A stretch of 53,621 nt of DNA, the filler included, from Bipalium vagum (lineage: Eukaryota), in NCBI GenBank assembly GCA_037834085.1. It is 3 parts of 3 records of this genome, joined end to end, with 100 filler letters (N's around TTAATTAATTAA, not from the genome) between each part and the next. Parts side by side here need not be neighbours in the genome. Positions count along the whole stretch, not along the records: positions 1 to 20,128 come from JBBMKC010259936.1; 2 more parts are not named here. One strand, given 5' to 3'. Under the pieces are notes generated by a model that was given only the letters and a program-made list of their open reading frames with translations, had not been told where the DNA came from and searched no databases. Below are positions 1 to 12,636 of the stretch, in pieces. Both the position numbers and the translations under genes were made by a program. The number at the start of each line of letters is the position of its first letter. Within the stretch, counting starts at the first letter, position 1.

Positions 1-864
1 TATTATTTTATTATATTATGTATATTAATAATATTTTAGACTTTTAACAGAAATTTTTTGTTTGGAATTTTATTTAACCAGTAACTTTGATTCATCAAGC
101 ATTGTGCATAGCACCAATGAAAAACGGAATCCATTCTTGAACTAATAATCAAACTCTATTCCTCTTCTCTTCCGATGTGAGGACCCTCACATAAAGCTTA
201 TGGAATACAAATATTAACAGAAATTATAAGTTATTTCTATTGGAAAAAACATTAGTCTTTTAGTTGTTTTTTCAATGAAGAAAAAATGAAATCGTTTATT
301 GAAAATTCTCTATTGCATCGATTGCTGTTTAACTTTTATCCTGACAGGTTTTTGTCGGCTTTTAAAATTCCCATGTTAACATAATTATTTCTCTTTCAAA
401 GTCTACGCTTCTGGACCAACCGTGTGGTCTTTCATGAAACCTCTTATTATGATTGCATTCAGCCGTTGTAATTTTTCATTAGTCTTAATTGAATAAATAT
501 TAAATTTCGGTTTGGGTTGGGATTTATTAATAGTAAAATAATTTATAAAATTTCTTTGTTTTTTAAACAAAAATACTTTATCGACTGAAAATGGTTAGTT
601 GATATTAACAATGGTAAGATTTGATGAGATAAACTGAGTTGTAACATAAATTTCTGTGTGTTTATGCATTCTAGTTTTGTTTAACTGCACTATTTTTAAT
701 TATCACCGTTTGTATATATTGTATACAAATATTGTATATATACAAAACTTTAGTAATCATATTCAATTTTTTTTTAATTATCTCAGAAATACAATGTCAA
801 GTCTTATATAGTATACAGTATTTCCGATATGTAATTTTATTTACTTTTAACAAAACCCAGAGAG

Positions 865-990
865 TTGTTGGGGTGGTTCAAGATGTGTGCTGTGACGGAG
901 AAGGCGTAATTGCGTGGAGCACTGCTAAAGAATCGTAACAAAATTTCAGAAAGGAAATTTCGATCTTCAAGACATGTTCGACGAGGACAA
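865..990 (+). mobile_element. mariner transposase N-terminal HTH fragment
   Basis: Reads DVCCDGEGVIAWSTAKES, then KFQKGNFDLQDM after a frame change. Matches the mariner pattern ICxVYGEGxIxxSTxxxWFxKFxxGNFDLxD. Confidence 0.55.
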
Positions 991-2301
991 ATTATATCAA
1001 ACAATATATTAATTTATATATATTAATATCTAATAAAATGGAATAGTTTAATTACAATATTTATTTACCATTTAATATTGAAGAAATTTATATCGTTCTT
1101 GTATTATTTATAAAGCTTTACACCTCTGATATCAATAATTTATTGCTGTTAGACTCATTGTTCAACAAACCAGAGAGAGAAAGAGAAAATAGATACCGCT
1201 ATTATCTTCTATAAAAAACAGGAAGACCAATATAAGAAATCCGTTCACTTCAAATATCTTAGGCTGTTTTCCTACTAATGTCTCGTTGCTCCGAATTTAC
1301 CATTGTGTCAATAATAGAAAACCCAATTACAGCGGAAAGTTCCTACATTTCATAATAAAATCGTTACATTAATCTTGTATACTGATAATCTCAATAATTA
1401 TTATATTAATAATTAGTAATAAGAACTATTATTATTAAAATTAATAATAAAAATCAATTACTACTAACAAAAATAATAATATAATATTAATATTATAATA
1501 ATAATAATAATAGTAGAACTAGTGATAATAATGATAAAAATAATTATTATTATTATTATTTTTATAATAGTGAAAACCTTTTTATTTGTATTTGATATAT
1601 TTACACAATAATGAAATAAAATTATTTTATATGATAATTTTTACTTTGTCTTCAAAGGGAATTTTCATCATATATATGTATAAACAGAAAAAGCCATTTA
1701 AATAATTTAATTATATATTATGTCTCCTTTACTCAGTTAATCTTAGAGTTAACTTATTGGCAAATATATTCTAAAATTAACAAAGTTAATTTTTATTTAG
1801 ATATAAATCTTCAAATAAATTCTCATTGATGTTATGCATCAAAAAAGTTTATGTATTCTAAAGTTATTAGAAATGCCTTTCAACTAAAACAAAATACTTG
1901 AATTTTTGAAATTAATAATTAATAAGAATTAATATACACAATTAAATTAAAATTAAATTAAATATCTGAGAAAATTAAATTTTTACAAAAAAAAATAATC
2001 ATATTATTATTATTATTATTGATATTTCTTTTATTTATTTTATTTTTTTAAATTTAACGAAAAAATTACCTTCAAAATTATCATTATTTTTTTCGTTATA
2101 AAAATATATCAAATATAATTTTCATTAAAGATTATGAGATTAAGGATGTCTCATAAATCATATTCATTTAGTAAAAGACGTAATTAGAAATCTATAGATT
2201 TAAATCATAATAATCTTCTGAAAATATATAATTATTATATTATATTCTAAGATATATGGTCATGAATAATCACAAAATATTTTAATAGTAAAAAAATAAT
2301 A

Positions 2302-2460
2302 NNNNNNNNNNNNNNNNNNNNNNNNNNNNNNNNNNNNNNNNNNNNNNNNNNNNNNNNNNNNNNNNNNNNNNNNNNNNNNNNNNNNNNNNNNNNNNNNNNN
2401 NNNNNNNNNNNNNNNNNNNNNNNNNNNNNNNNNNNNNNNNNNNNNNNNNNNNNNNNNNNN
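2302..2460. other. assembly gap (N run)
   Basis: 159 N flanked by AAT/TAT-rich sequence. Confidence 0.99.
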
Positions 2461-4413
2461 TATTACTATTTATTGTTATTATCATTATTTTTATTTTTTA
2501 TTTTTACTATTACTATCATTGTAGAATTGATTAACCGTATCTCTTATAAACGGAAAACCTCATCCAGAATGCACATAGGCGTTCATGAATGAGATTATGG
2601 CCACATGAATTGTTATATTCATGCCTCACTTCAATTATGTTTTATTATCCCCCATTTACAAATATTTTTGTCAATTTGCTCGGAAGAAAAGTCGTGTAAC
2701 TTTTAATACTTGAGGATAAGTTAAGCGGAATTTTATCCATTTAAAATCGTGGGAAATTATTTCATTAAAAGGAAAAGTACGGATCGGTAATATGGCATTT
2801 ATTTCATATCGAAACAGAATGGAAAGAAATAATATTAATATTAATTCGTTGTACGCAGAGTTAATTTCCTTCAGGATACCTCGGATTTGTGAGGTTGCAT
2901 TATGCGATGGTATTTATTGATAGAGAAAAAGAAATTAATTTTCCCTCGGTTTTCCTTCCAAAGTTAATAAACGTCTCTACCGAGTGATGCGGGAGAGTGA
3001 ATGTTTACCTGGAAATATTTACGGCAAATGACGCAGAGCTTGATATAAGACTGAGAAGGGTTTGAAGGGTGTATTCACTGTTCAAAATCCTCTCGAGTAT
3101 TTTTTGGTATTGTCACATCAGTGAAAGCATATTTTCCAAAAAAATATTTTATATAATGTAAACGAAAGTGGTAATATTTCCATTTTTCGATTTTTGGTGT
3201 TAAACATAATTAGAAAAATTAAAACAAAATAAATTCGTAAGTGATTTAAATAATCTTTATGTTTCGGAACAAAATAGGACAAAAGAAAACAATTAAAATC
3301 CCAATACAAATATTTTTATTTTTTAAAAATGCGAATTTACAAAGAGATTTTAAATAAGAATCTTTAAATCCTTACACAGTTATCCTGTAACTTGTGGTAA
3401 GGTCCTAAGAAGATTTGCCAACCCTAACTGTTGTGCAAATCTCAAAAAAAGAGAAAAATGGAGGATGAGAGCACAAAAGAAAGATAATCCTATAAAATAG
3501 TGATTATCGGAAGAATTAAAATGTTAATAATAAAAATTACTGTTTGAAATGGGCATAAACCGTTGGAGATTGAAATGATACTTTTCGGTGAAAGGTTTGC
3601 AATTAAATTGACTGGTAACGGAATGTTTGTTTTGTAATATCCGCTTGTTCGAGCTGATCGTTGTCACGCGTCTTTATATATCCCGAAATTGCCGTCGAGG
3701 GTTATTTTCGTTTTAAAGTTCGGATGTCTGCTGACGTCTTGAGATTAACGATGTAATAATTTTTAATTATTAATATTATTAATAATAATATTATTAGTAG
3801 TAGTAGTATTTATGCATTATTTGTCATTTTTATTATTTATTTTTCCCCGGGGGGTGTCTTGGTAAACCCAACAATTTTGTTTTCAAAATTCTTGAATAAG
3901 CCCATCCTTCTTCTCGTAAAAATAAAATTTCGTTTTTTTGATCATCAGTCTTCAAAACTAAATATATAATTTATAAATAAAATATTTAATTCTAATAAAA
4001 TCAAAGATTTACTTAAAATCCGATATGGTGGCCAATAAATATGAACTTGTATAAAATAAATAATTGAATATTTAAACAAATGTTAAAATATTCAACTTGA
4101 AAATTTTATGAATACTTAATATTTTAATATACATAAGTTTATTGGATTAAAAAGCAAATATATTTTTAAATATAACTATTTTTAAGGGTAGCCAAAAAAT
4201 TTACTCATCAGTATATTATGTTTTATATTTATTTAATTAAAGACTTTACTGTTACGCATATTAAAAAATTTTCGTTGTTTTATAACAGATTTATTTTTAT
4301 TATTAGTTTATTATTTATCATCATTTTATTTTTATTATTAAAAAGATACTTTTGTGCATTTTTCGAATTAAGTAGTGCTTATTTGCCATATAAATATAAA
4401 TATTATTAAACAA

Positions 4414-5323
4414 ATGGTCAAAATAAGAGAATTAACAAAAAAAGAACGAAAAACAGAGTGCAAGATACAGACATAAAGGAAAATTGCATGTTAAAAAGAC
4501 GTCTAACAGTGGAAATTATAGATGCAAAATATAACGAATTTCAAAGAATTGAATGTCAGTTTATCTAACTATAAAACACAAGCTAAATCGTTTTGGGTTG
4601 CATTGTCGAGTAACTGCAAAAAAACCTTTATTAAGAAAAGTTAAGACAGAGATGGGTTATCAATGGACAGATGAATCGAACTTTTATTAGATTTTTGATT
4701 CTCCTCACAGAATGTTCGTTTAAAAATTTTCTGCATAAAGGTATAAGGAAAAATGTTTGGTGCTTACAGTAAAGTTTGGAGGTGATTTCGTTCGTGTTTG
4801 GAGTTGCTTTGTAGGAGAAATGTTAGCGGATTTCACAAAATAGAAGGAAAAAATTGGAAAAGATGATTCGGTCATCTGGGAGACGATTTTTTTAAGATAA
4901 ATATATATTTATGCATGAAATGATCCCAAACCTACCAGTAATATATGCAAAGCCTACAGGAGGACTTCGAACAGTAGAATCTTTTTCAAGTAATGGAATG
5001 GCCTCCTCAATCGCTAGATCTTAACTTTATTGATTTACTGTGAGATGAATTAGAGATAAAAATTCAGCAACAACAGCCATCTTTAGCAAAGATGGTTTGG
5101 GAGACACTACAATTAAAATGGCTTGCAATAACACAGAAATTCTATAGAAATTACTCAATCGTATGCCGAGAATTTTTGTAGCTGTTATTAAAAATAACGG
5201 ACTGTTAAATTTTAAAACTAAATTAACTGTAAAACAATTGTTATAAACAAAGGGTTCTATTTATATTATATAATTTATAAACTACAAATGTGAGTACCTG
5301 TCACATACATATGATCGGTAGTG
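4414..5323 (+). mobile_element. degenerate Tc1-like (DD34E-type) transposon
   Basis: Motifs in order: MVKIRELTKKER, WTDES, TVKFGGDFVRVWSCF, ENDPKPTS (for QDNDPKHT), EWPPQSLDLNFIDLL* (for WPxQSPDLNPIE), RMPRIFVAVIKNNG. TIR-like right end ...GATCGGTAGTG-TA. Multiple stops and frameshifts. Confidence 0.85.
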
Positions 5324-5339
5324 TAAATTATAAAAATAA

Positions 5340-6091
5340 CATTCATGAAGAAAGAAAATTGTGAGATATACATTGTATTACTGTCTTCGAAAAATGGTGT
5401 GCTAAATTCAGATATAAACCTCGTAATTCAATCCTATCATCAAATAACTAATACAAATGATATCAACCCCACAACCAAATTGTATCCTTCTCAAAGGGGT
5501 TGTTAAATGAGAGCGTACAAATCTTTTGCGTACATGGAGTTTGTTTTTTGGACTCTGTCTAAGGTAACAGAAATCAATTTTTGACTAAAACAAGAAACAA
5601 TTGACTACCAGGAAAGAAAGCAGTCTGTTAGTAGAAGATAATATTTTCTCTCTGAAGTGCCAAAAAATCATGTACCTAAAGTTGGTGTTTTCAGCTTGTT
5701 GGGATTTGGAAGGTTTCATTTATTACGATTTGCTACCGTTTGACAAAAAGATTAATTAGGAAATGTATTAATTAACCAAGTTGAAGAACGTATCATTTGA
5801 TAAGATTTCAAAATATGCAAATCCCAAGGCATTATAATCCTTGACTGATAAATTATTGGTGAAAAAATTATAATTCTCTAGGTGGGATAAAGCTCCCTGT
5901 GATTAAAAACCTAATTTCTACAAAAATGTAACAATGGCATTAGTTGATAGACATGAGAAGGTCGTTCAGAGGAATGATAAAATATAATTTATTATAATTT
6001 AATTTATATTTATTTTATATGTATATATTCTTAAATTTCTTGGTATAAATCGTCTTTTTATTAAAAATGCCAAGAACCATTGCCAACGTAA
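5340..6091 (+). mobile_element. degenerate mariner remnant
   Basis: EKWCAKFR near 5390 and WDLEGFIYYDLLPFDKKIN near 5700. Mariner-type end ...AAGAACCATTGCCAACGTAA-TA. Confidence 0.65.
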
Positions 6092-7056
6092 TACAATGTG
6101 TATATTGTCTAATATTTAAATTTTATATTCGAATTAAAAGCTGATTAACATTTACTGTCACTCATTTTCCTATACCTTAATCCTAATTTTTATTTATTAT
6201 TATTTTATTAATAGAAAATGTTTATCATCTGCCAATCCAATAAGTTCTCGAATCCTGGTTCATCACATAACAACTCAGTAAGCCATACAGTCAACCAAAT
6301 CAAATTACAGACCCTTATCACAAAAGGAGACCAGAAAATGTTATAGGAACTTTGTTGGGAAGTGATATATAATGATACCTTTTCATGATCCTATGTTTCT
6401 CTGAACCTTTAAAAATGTATCATTTTTCGGTTTACATTAGGTACACAAAATTCAAAAAAGGTCTACTTCCAATGCCTCCAACTGAAAATATATCAAACGT
6501 TTTAAAATTGTCATAATAAGAAAGGTGTCTTTGGTAATTAAATCTGTTTAGAGTTTTTTGTAATATTAAAACATCATTATTGTTTTTAATTATTTCTCCC
6601 ATCCTTAACCAGGAAAATGTCGTAATCGTTCGCAGGAAATGCTGCAAAAATAAATGTGAGAAACCATATGTTGAACAAAAATATTTCATCGAGACAAATA
6701 AATAATGAAGTTCTCTGATTTTCGAAGGAATCTCTTTCAATTGATCAGTAGGAATCACAGGGCCGCAACGGCAACTCTGATTTGTTAAGAGTTGAACTGT
6801 TAAGTAAAACAATTTAACTAATATTAGAGGGAGTCATAAGTAATTTCGTTTTTAAAATGAAATTATGAAAAACCATGTTAAATATTTTTATTAACAGTAT
6901 TGTATTATTTAAATTAAGTTTTAATTTAAATAACTTTAATTTGCTTATATAATTCAAAATTTTTGTTGACCATAATTAATTACCGCACTAAATTGAATTT
7001 GGATTTTCTTTATCAGTTTTAATTTTATACTTAAAATTTTTACAATATATAATAAG

Positions 7057-8857
7057 TAGGGCAAGTAGAAGTTAATAAAGTTTAAATGTGTCCTATATGT
7101 TCTCTTGACCTACAAAGTACATTTATACCATTTTCGGTCACCAAAGGTTCCTCTATCGTGATTTATAAGGTTAAAATACTGGTAAAATTTATGGTTATGT
7201 TAAAAATAAAATTTTTAGGCTATAAAGTTAAAATATGGTTAAAAATGTTTAAATAATATTAGATAATAAATTGAATCAAATTTAAGTTTTATAGAAGTAA
7301 GTTTAATTTTAGTTTGTAAGTAATTTTAATTTAAGTAATTGTAATTTCCATCAATGCCAAAGATAGCAGCGAGTAAATCATGCAAAGTCAACAAGATCGT
7401 TATTGATTACCCGACAGAATTTATTGCTACCCCTACAAATCAACCGTACTGTAAATTGTGTGACGCCATCGTAAAACATGTAAAGCGTCATTTTGTAGAG
7501 AGCCAACGTCAATCTGGGAATCACAATAATAAGAAGGCAGCATGTTCTACTCAATCATTTTTGGCAATATCAAAATGTAGCTTTACAAAAGAAATAGCTA
7601 AAGCATTTATTCCGCTATATAAACTGAATCATCCAGTAGTTGTCAAAGTATTTAAAGTCCTTGGAAATGGTTGTCCATCTGAGTCATCATGCCCCTTCCA
7701 AGTGTCACAATTAGGATCTGAAGCAAAAAAACATGTAAAGGATCTAATTGATGGAAAAAAGATTTTCCTTATTTTTGACGAAAGCGATATTAGCAATATC
7801 AGATTGATGAACTTTCTTGTGGGATGCATCGACAAACCAACAACAACATATTTAATTGATTCTGTTCCTTTACCCAATAACGTTAATAGTGCAAGCTTAA
7901 GCCAGTACGTTGACGATGCGATTCGGTTTCTTGGCCCACACAGGCAGAACTTTGTTATTTTAATAACTGATGCAGCAAAATATATGATTCTTGCCGGATC
8001 TATGTTAAAGAACATGTATAACAAACTGTTTAAATGTAACATAAGCCTGTCACCTTCTGCATAGCTGCGCAATGCGCCTTTGTATGCGCTTTCCTTCGAT
8101 TGATGATGTTATTTTGTGTCAAAATGGTTACTGTTAAAAATGAAGGTCACCGTTTGCAGTTTGCTGCTATATCGTCAGCCGCCACAGCAAGTATTGACAC
8201 GTTGGGGTCATGACTAAACGCAGGTATCTGGTATGCTCAATATCTCCTACTGTTCGGCATATTGTGGAAAGTTTTGAAGGCAATGGGGTACTTATTTCTC
8301 GCGCAAAGCAATCTGTATCAAACAGCAGTTTGCCTGGAGAACTTATTCAGCTAACAAAATACCAAAGTTTAAGCAAACTAATAGTAAAAGTTGAGAGCAC
8401 TCAATATACAATTCGTGAGGCTGCAGAAGATCTGGCCAAACTCTTTTTCCAGGATGATCCATGTAAAATAAGAGCATACATTGAAAAGCGCTTATCAAAC
8501 AATCACCTGCAACTTTTGCTCTGCTTCAATCATGTCAGATAATATCATGCTCTGTGGAGAGAAGCTTTTCTAGTGTTAAACATATCGTTCGCAAAGATCG
8601 GAATTTTGATCCCCATAATGTACGTCATTATGCGATTGCCGCGTATTACGGACTATTTTTGTACAATAAACAACTTTTCTTGTGTACTTTAAGGTTTATA
8701 TAAGATTAAAAATTTAAATAATAAAGTTTAAAAAAATTCTTAAAGTTAAAATATATTTTGCCTAATAGGCATTAAGGTACGCATAAAGTTAAAATACAGT
8801 TAAACTTTTTAATAATAGTTTTTTAAAAAATTTTTAGGTTAAAAGAAATTTGCCCTA
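7057..8857 (+). mobile_element. hAT-superfamily DNA transposon with CGGBP1-like N-terminus, inactivated transposase
   Basis: Termini TAGGGCAA ... TTGCCCTA. ORF 7354-8064 has a BED-like YCKLC finger, IFDES and ITDAAKYM. Frameshifted continuation has CHLLHSCA, VLTRWGS* and SCSVERSFS (hAT dimerisation motif). Repeated RGTTAAAA subterminal motifs at both ends. Confidence 0.88.
7354..8660 (+). pseudogene. hAT transposase pseudogene
   Basis: ORFs 7354-8064 and 8210-8542 plus the ERSFS tail near 8555, separated by frameshifts and stops. Confidence 0.8.
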
Positions 8858-9931
8858 ATTATTACTAATTATTATTGTTTTGTAGCATGGTCATTGACAA
8901 CAAATCTATTTACTAGATCAATAACTGGTCTAACAGGCTAAATCATTAACTTTAACACAGAACATAATTTGTAAATTTTTAATTATTTATTCTAAACTTA
9001 AAATGTTATTAACGTTAATATCGGTATCCAAATAAATATTTACATTAAGCAAAATAAAAACTTTTAAATAGAAAAGGGAAAACAAAATTGCTAATAATCT
9101 TTGTTTTTTTCCACTGAAACAAAACTCTTAGGCTTTCGAAACTCGACAAAATAAAGGTAAATAAACAGTCATCAATTTTAAGTAAATGATTCATAACTAA
9201 TCTTTATGTAGTAAGGAAAATTTTCATAATCACATTGATATTAGTAAAGTTCCTGACTATTATTTTTTGGGTGGTTTAACTTAGAATTGAAGGACTCCAT
9301 AACTGTAATTAAAAAGAACCAGGTTATTGCCATACTCTTTATATTTAATTAATAATTTTAAACATATCAAATATTTTTAGTTAAACGAATCTTTACCATT
9401 TGCTTTTAGTTAATAAGTTAATCCATAAAAAATAGTTAATGTCTAAATGTAAATATTAAAATAGAATTAAATAATTTAACATATATTTGTATAAATCTTA
9501 ATAATAACAATTTGTTTGAATAATTCAATACAAAAAATTGATAACATAAATAGCGATTACAATATAAGAATTTATTTTGAAAATTTGAATTATTACTTAT
9601 ATATCATAATAAATGACGAAAAAGTTCAACAAATTGTTTAAAATACTTTCAATCGTTTCCAATGTTATTAAGCATAGCTTACATAAATTTATAAGCAATT
9701 TTTACAAACATAAATGTTACTATTGTAAAATTTCTGTACAGGAGCTTCAGAAAATTGATCTACTATAATGGCAGTTAATCGACAAATAAGCAATGGAGGA
9801 AATAGAACGTTTTGACCAAGTCTGGAAACAATATGCAGACAAATGAGACTATATTTAATTAAAATAGAGATGAAATAGCGAAAGTTTAATACTACGTAAA
9901 GTACATGAAACAATTTAGAAATTTGTACAAA

Positions 9932-10933
9932 TTATCCAATGATTGATTCGTTTGCTGAAACATTGGAATTGGTTATAGTTAGATCTTCGGATTTCATGGA
10001 GTTGTCACAATTGAATTGAGGAGATTTGTTAGAATAATTTTCTTCCTTAGCAGGCTTGGGGAATTTCAAATCGTCGTGTTGAATTTCATTTGTGAACATC
10101 AGTTTCTTGTCGACTATTTTCTTTACATCTTCATCAATGTCTCCAGTTTCTTCCAGATCCTCGTCGTACTCCTCTTCATCGTCCAGATCTTCGTCTTCGT
10201 TGACCGGTGCATCTGTCGACGCTGCAGTAGGATCATCGGTACTGGAACTTCCGGCAACCAATGCACTGCCATTGGAATCAGCTCTGGATCTCTTTACTGG
10301 GGGAACGTATTGTCCAGCTCTGAATTGTGACATTTGCTATCACGAAAATGTTTAAGCCACAATCGAAAAAGTTAACCGCCATACCTCTTCATATCTTTGT
10401 TTATCAGCTTCTGATTTTTTTTCATATTTCTCCTTGTCTGTACACAATTCCCACAATCTGCCCAGTTCCTTCGCGATATTTCCAACTCTCCAATCAGGAT
10501 GTGATTCTCTGACTTTTGGTCGAAACTCGTCACAGAAAAAGAAAAATGCAGACCACGCTCTTTTAGGTTGGCCTGGTTCTTTGATTCGTCTTCGTTTTCT
10601 TCGGCGACGACCGCTCTCTCCGGCTGGTTGATAGTTGATCATTTCTCTCGTCAACCTTTCTTTGTCATTGGCAGCCATTTCTTCAAATCGCTTTTTCTCT
10701 TTCGGCGTCATCAGCTGAATTGATGGGAGCGTAAAACAAACAGAAATTGAATTATGTCATACAACAAAATAAATCACCTTCCATTTTTCGGCACACTTTT
10801 TGGAAAATTCACTGAAAACCACTTGTTCACCTGGATGTTTTCTCTTGTGCTCTTCACGAATGACTTGAACAAAATAAGCATATGCTGACATTGCACCCTT
10901 TGGTCGTGGTTTTTCTTTATCTTGAAAAGACAT
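9932..10933 (-). CDS. HMGB: High mobility group box protein (HMGB1/2-like, two HMG boxes plus acidic tract), ~296 aa
   Basis: Coding exons 10933-10778 ([52 protein letters not shown]), 10714-10385 (end of box A and box [13 protein letters not shown]) and 10336-9932. Phase-0 GT-AG introns of 63 and 48 nt sit at positions matching vertebrate HMGB introns (after WK and after YEE). An AG directly before the ATG suggests a 5'UTR intron (possible donor at 11107). Confidence 0.95.
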
Positions 10934-12575
10934 CTAGAGAAAAAAACAAGTTTCTTATAGTTGTTTAAATCAAGTATTTCAATAGTAATGGCGGTTGACC
11001 AATCACAGAAATTTATTTAACATCACATTTGATTATGTTGCTATAAATAGTTCATAAATGCAAAGTATTAAAAAATAATATAAAAATATAATATCTTTAC
11101 TTCTTACCTTAATAATGCAACCAAAATATTAATTCAAATAACAAATGTCCCGGCTTTGCAAAACTAAAGGCATAGCATAAAAATGTGACTCTTTAATATA
11201 ACCTATATTAACTAAGCTAACATAGGCAATTGCTGTGTTTCAATATATGTAGCTAGATAAGGATTATGACTTAGAACTAGACACTGTTGGCTTGTAATCA
11301 ACTAACGCTGAGCTGAATACGAGAGATACTGGTTTTATGAGACACACTCGATTATCACGGCCCGTGAAATACTGCATGTCAATCTCGGTTACAACACGCA
11401 TACAAACACATACACAACACCTCATGCAATAAAACGATTAGTACAAGTTTGCGTATACCTTATGTACTGGTATTATGTTCTAGTTCTTGTGTTACTATTA
11501 TGATTATTTAATGAGCTACAACCACGATGAATAGTGCACTGTCCACACTTGAAACAAACACTTTTAAGACAAACACACACGCGCACACTTTTCTCTCTCT
11601 CTTTCTATCACAGAACATTACAGACATGACCGTGTCAGCGTGCCTAATTTTAATATTTGTTAACGATCTCTCTTGTCGCACAAAACATGGAGAAATATCT
11701 GCTTCCATTCCAAGTGGTTTTTCAATGACTAATAGTAGATTGTTTCTGTTTTTATTTTCCATTCAAGTTAGAGTGGGAAGGACAATTTCTCATTCAACAT
11801 TTTCCACAGAAAATCTCCTCTATAATTACAATCTTTCTTTTTCAATTGAATGTTAATTGATTTTATCAGTTTTTTCTTGAATCTCTTCACATTAATGCAA
11901 TGCTATATTTTTTTTATAAAAAATATTTATTTTCTATCATTACAAAACACCAGCAACAACAACGACGACGAAGAAGACCAAAAGAACGACAACACAAATA
12001 ACAACAACAACAGACGTGAACAAATTAATTAATTTGGTAAAAATTATACAAACACGAAAGTCGGTGTGAGAGATGCGATAAGCTTATGGTGTTGTGCATA
12101 ATCAAAATCAATTTAAGCAAAAAATGACAGAATGAAAAATAAATAATTTATTGAAACAATGATATATATATTTATATATATTGAGAGATAGAGAGAGAAT
12201 ATTGTTATTGATTGATGCAGACACAGTCTTGTAGCGCTTTAATCCGAGGTAATATTTCATCAATCGATGACAATCCTAAATGTAAACAAAGTTTCAAATG
12301 CGAGGCCTTGTCATTAAGAATAAAATGATTTTGTCTGCTGACAATTTATGAGTAATTTGTTCCGTTAGTAATCAAATGATATTCAATAAATAACTTTATC
12401 CATCTTTAAATATTTTCTGAGAATTAAAATTATTGATTACATTTTTAATTGATTATTATTATTCAAGAATATTTTTAATATATAATTGGCCTATGGTTGA
12501 AAATGTATAAATTTTTGAAAACAAATATTAATCATTTCAATTTATTTTACTATTATTTAATATTATTTAATATTG

Positions 12576-12577
<2 letters not shown>

Positions 12578-12633
<56 letters not shown>
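12578..12633. repeat. (TAT)n microsatellite
   Basis: About 18 perfect TAT units. Confidence 0.95.

Positions 12634-12636
<3 letters not shown>

Noticed and set aside
3410-3443. Hairpin AGATTTGC-CAAC-CCTAACT-GTTG-T-GCAAATCT containing the telomerase-template-like CAACCCTAAC
   Set aside because: A 9-10-mer can occur by chance in 54 kb. The template would be partly base-paired, and I could not identify a pseudoknot or H/ACA domain.
7629-8072. 147-aa minus-strand ORF
   Set aside because: Antisense shadow of the hAT transposase.
10016-10631. Several plus-strand ORFs overlapping HMGB
   Set aside because: Antisense shadows of the GC-richer HMGB exons.
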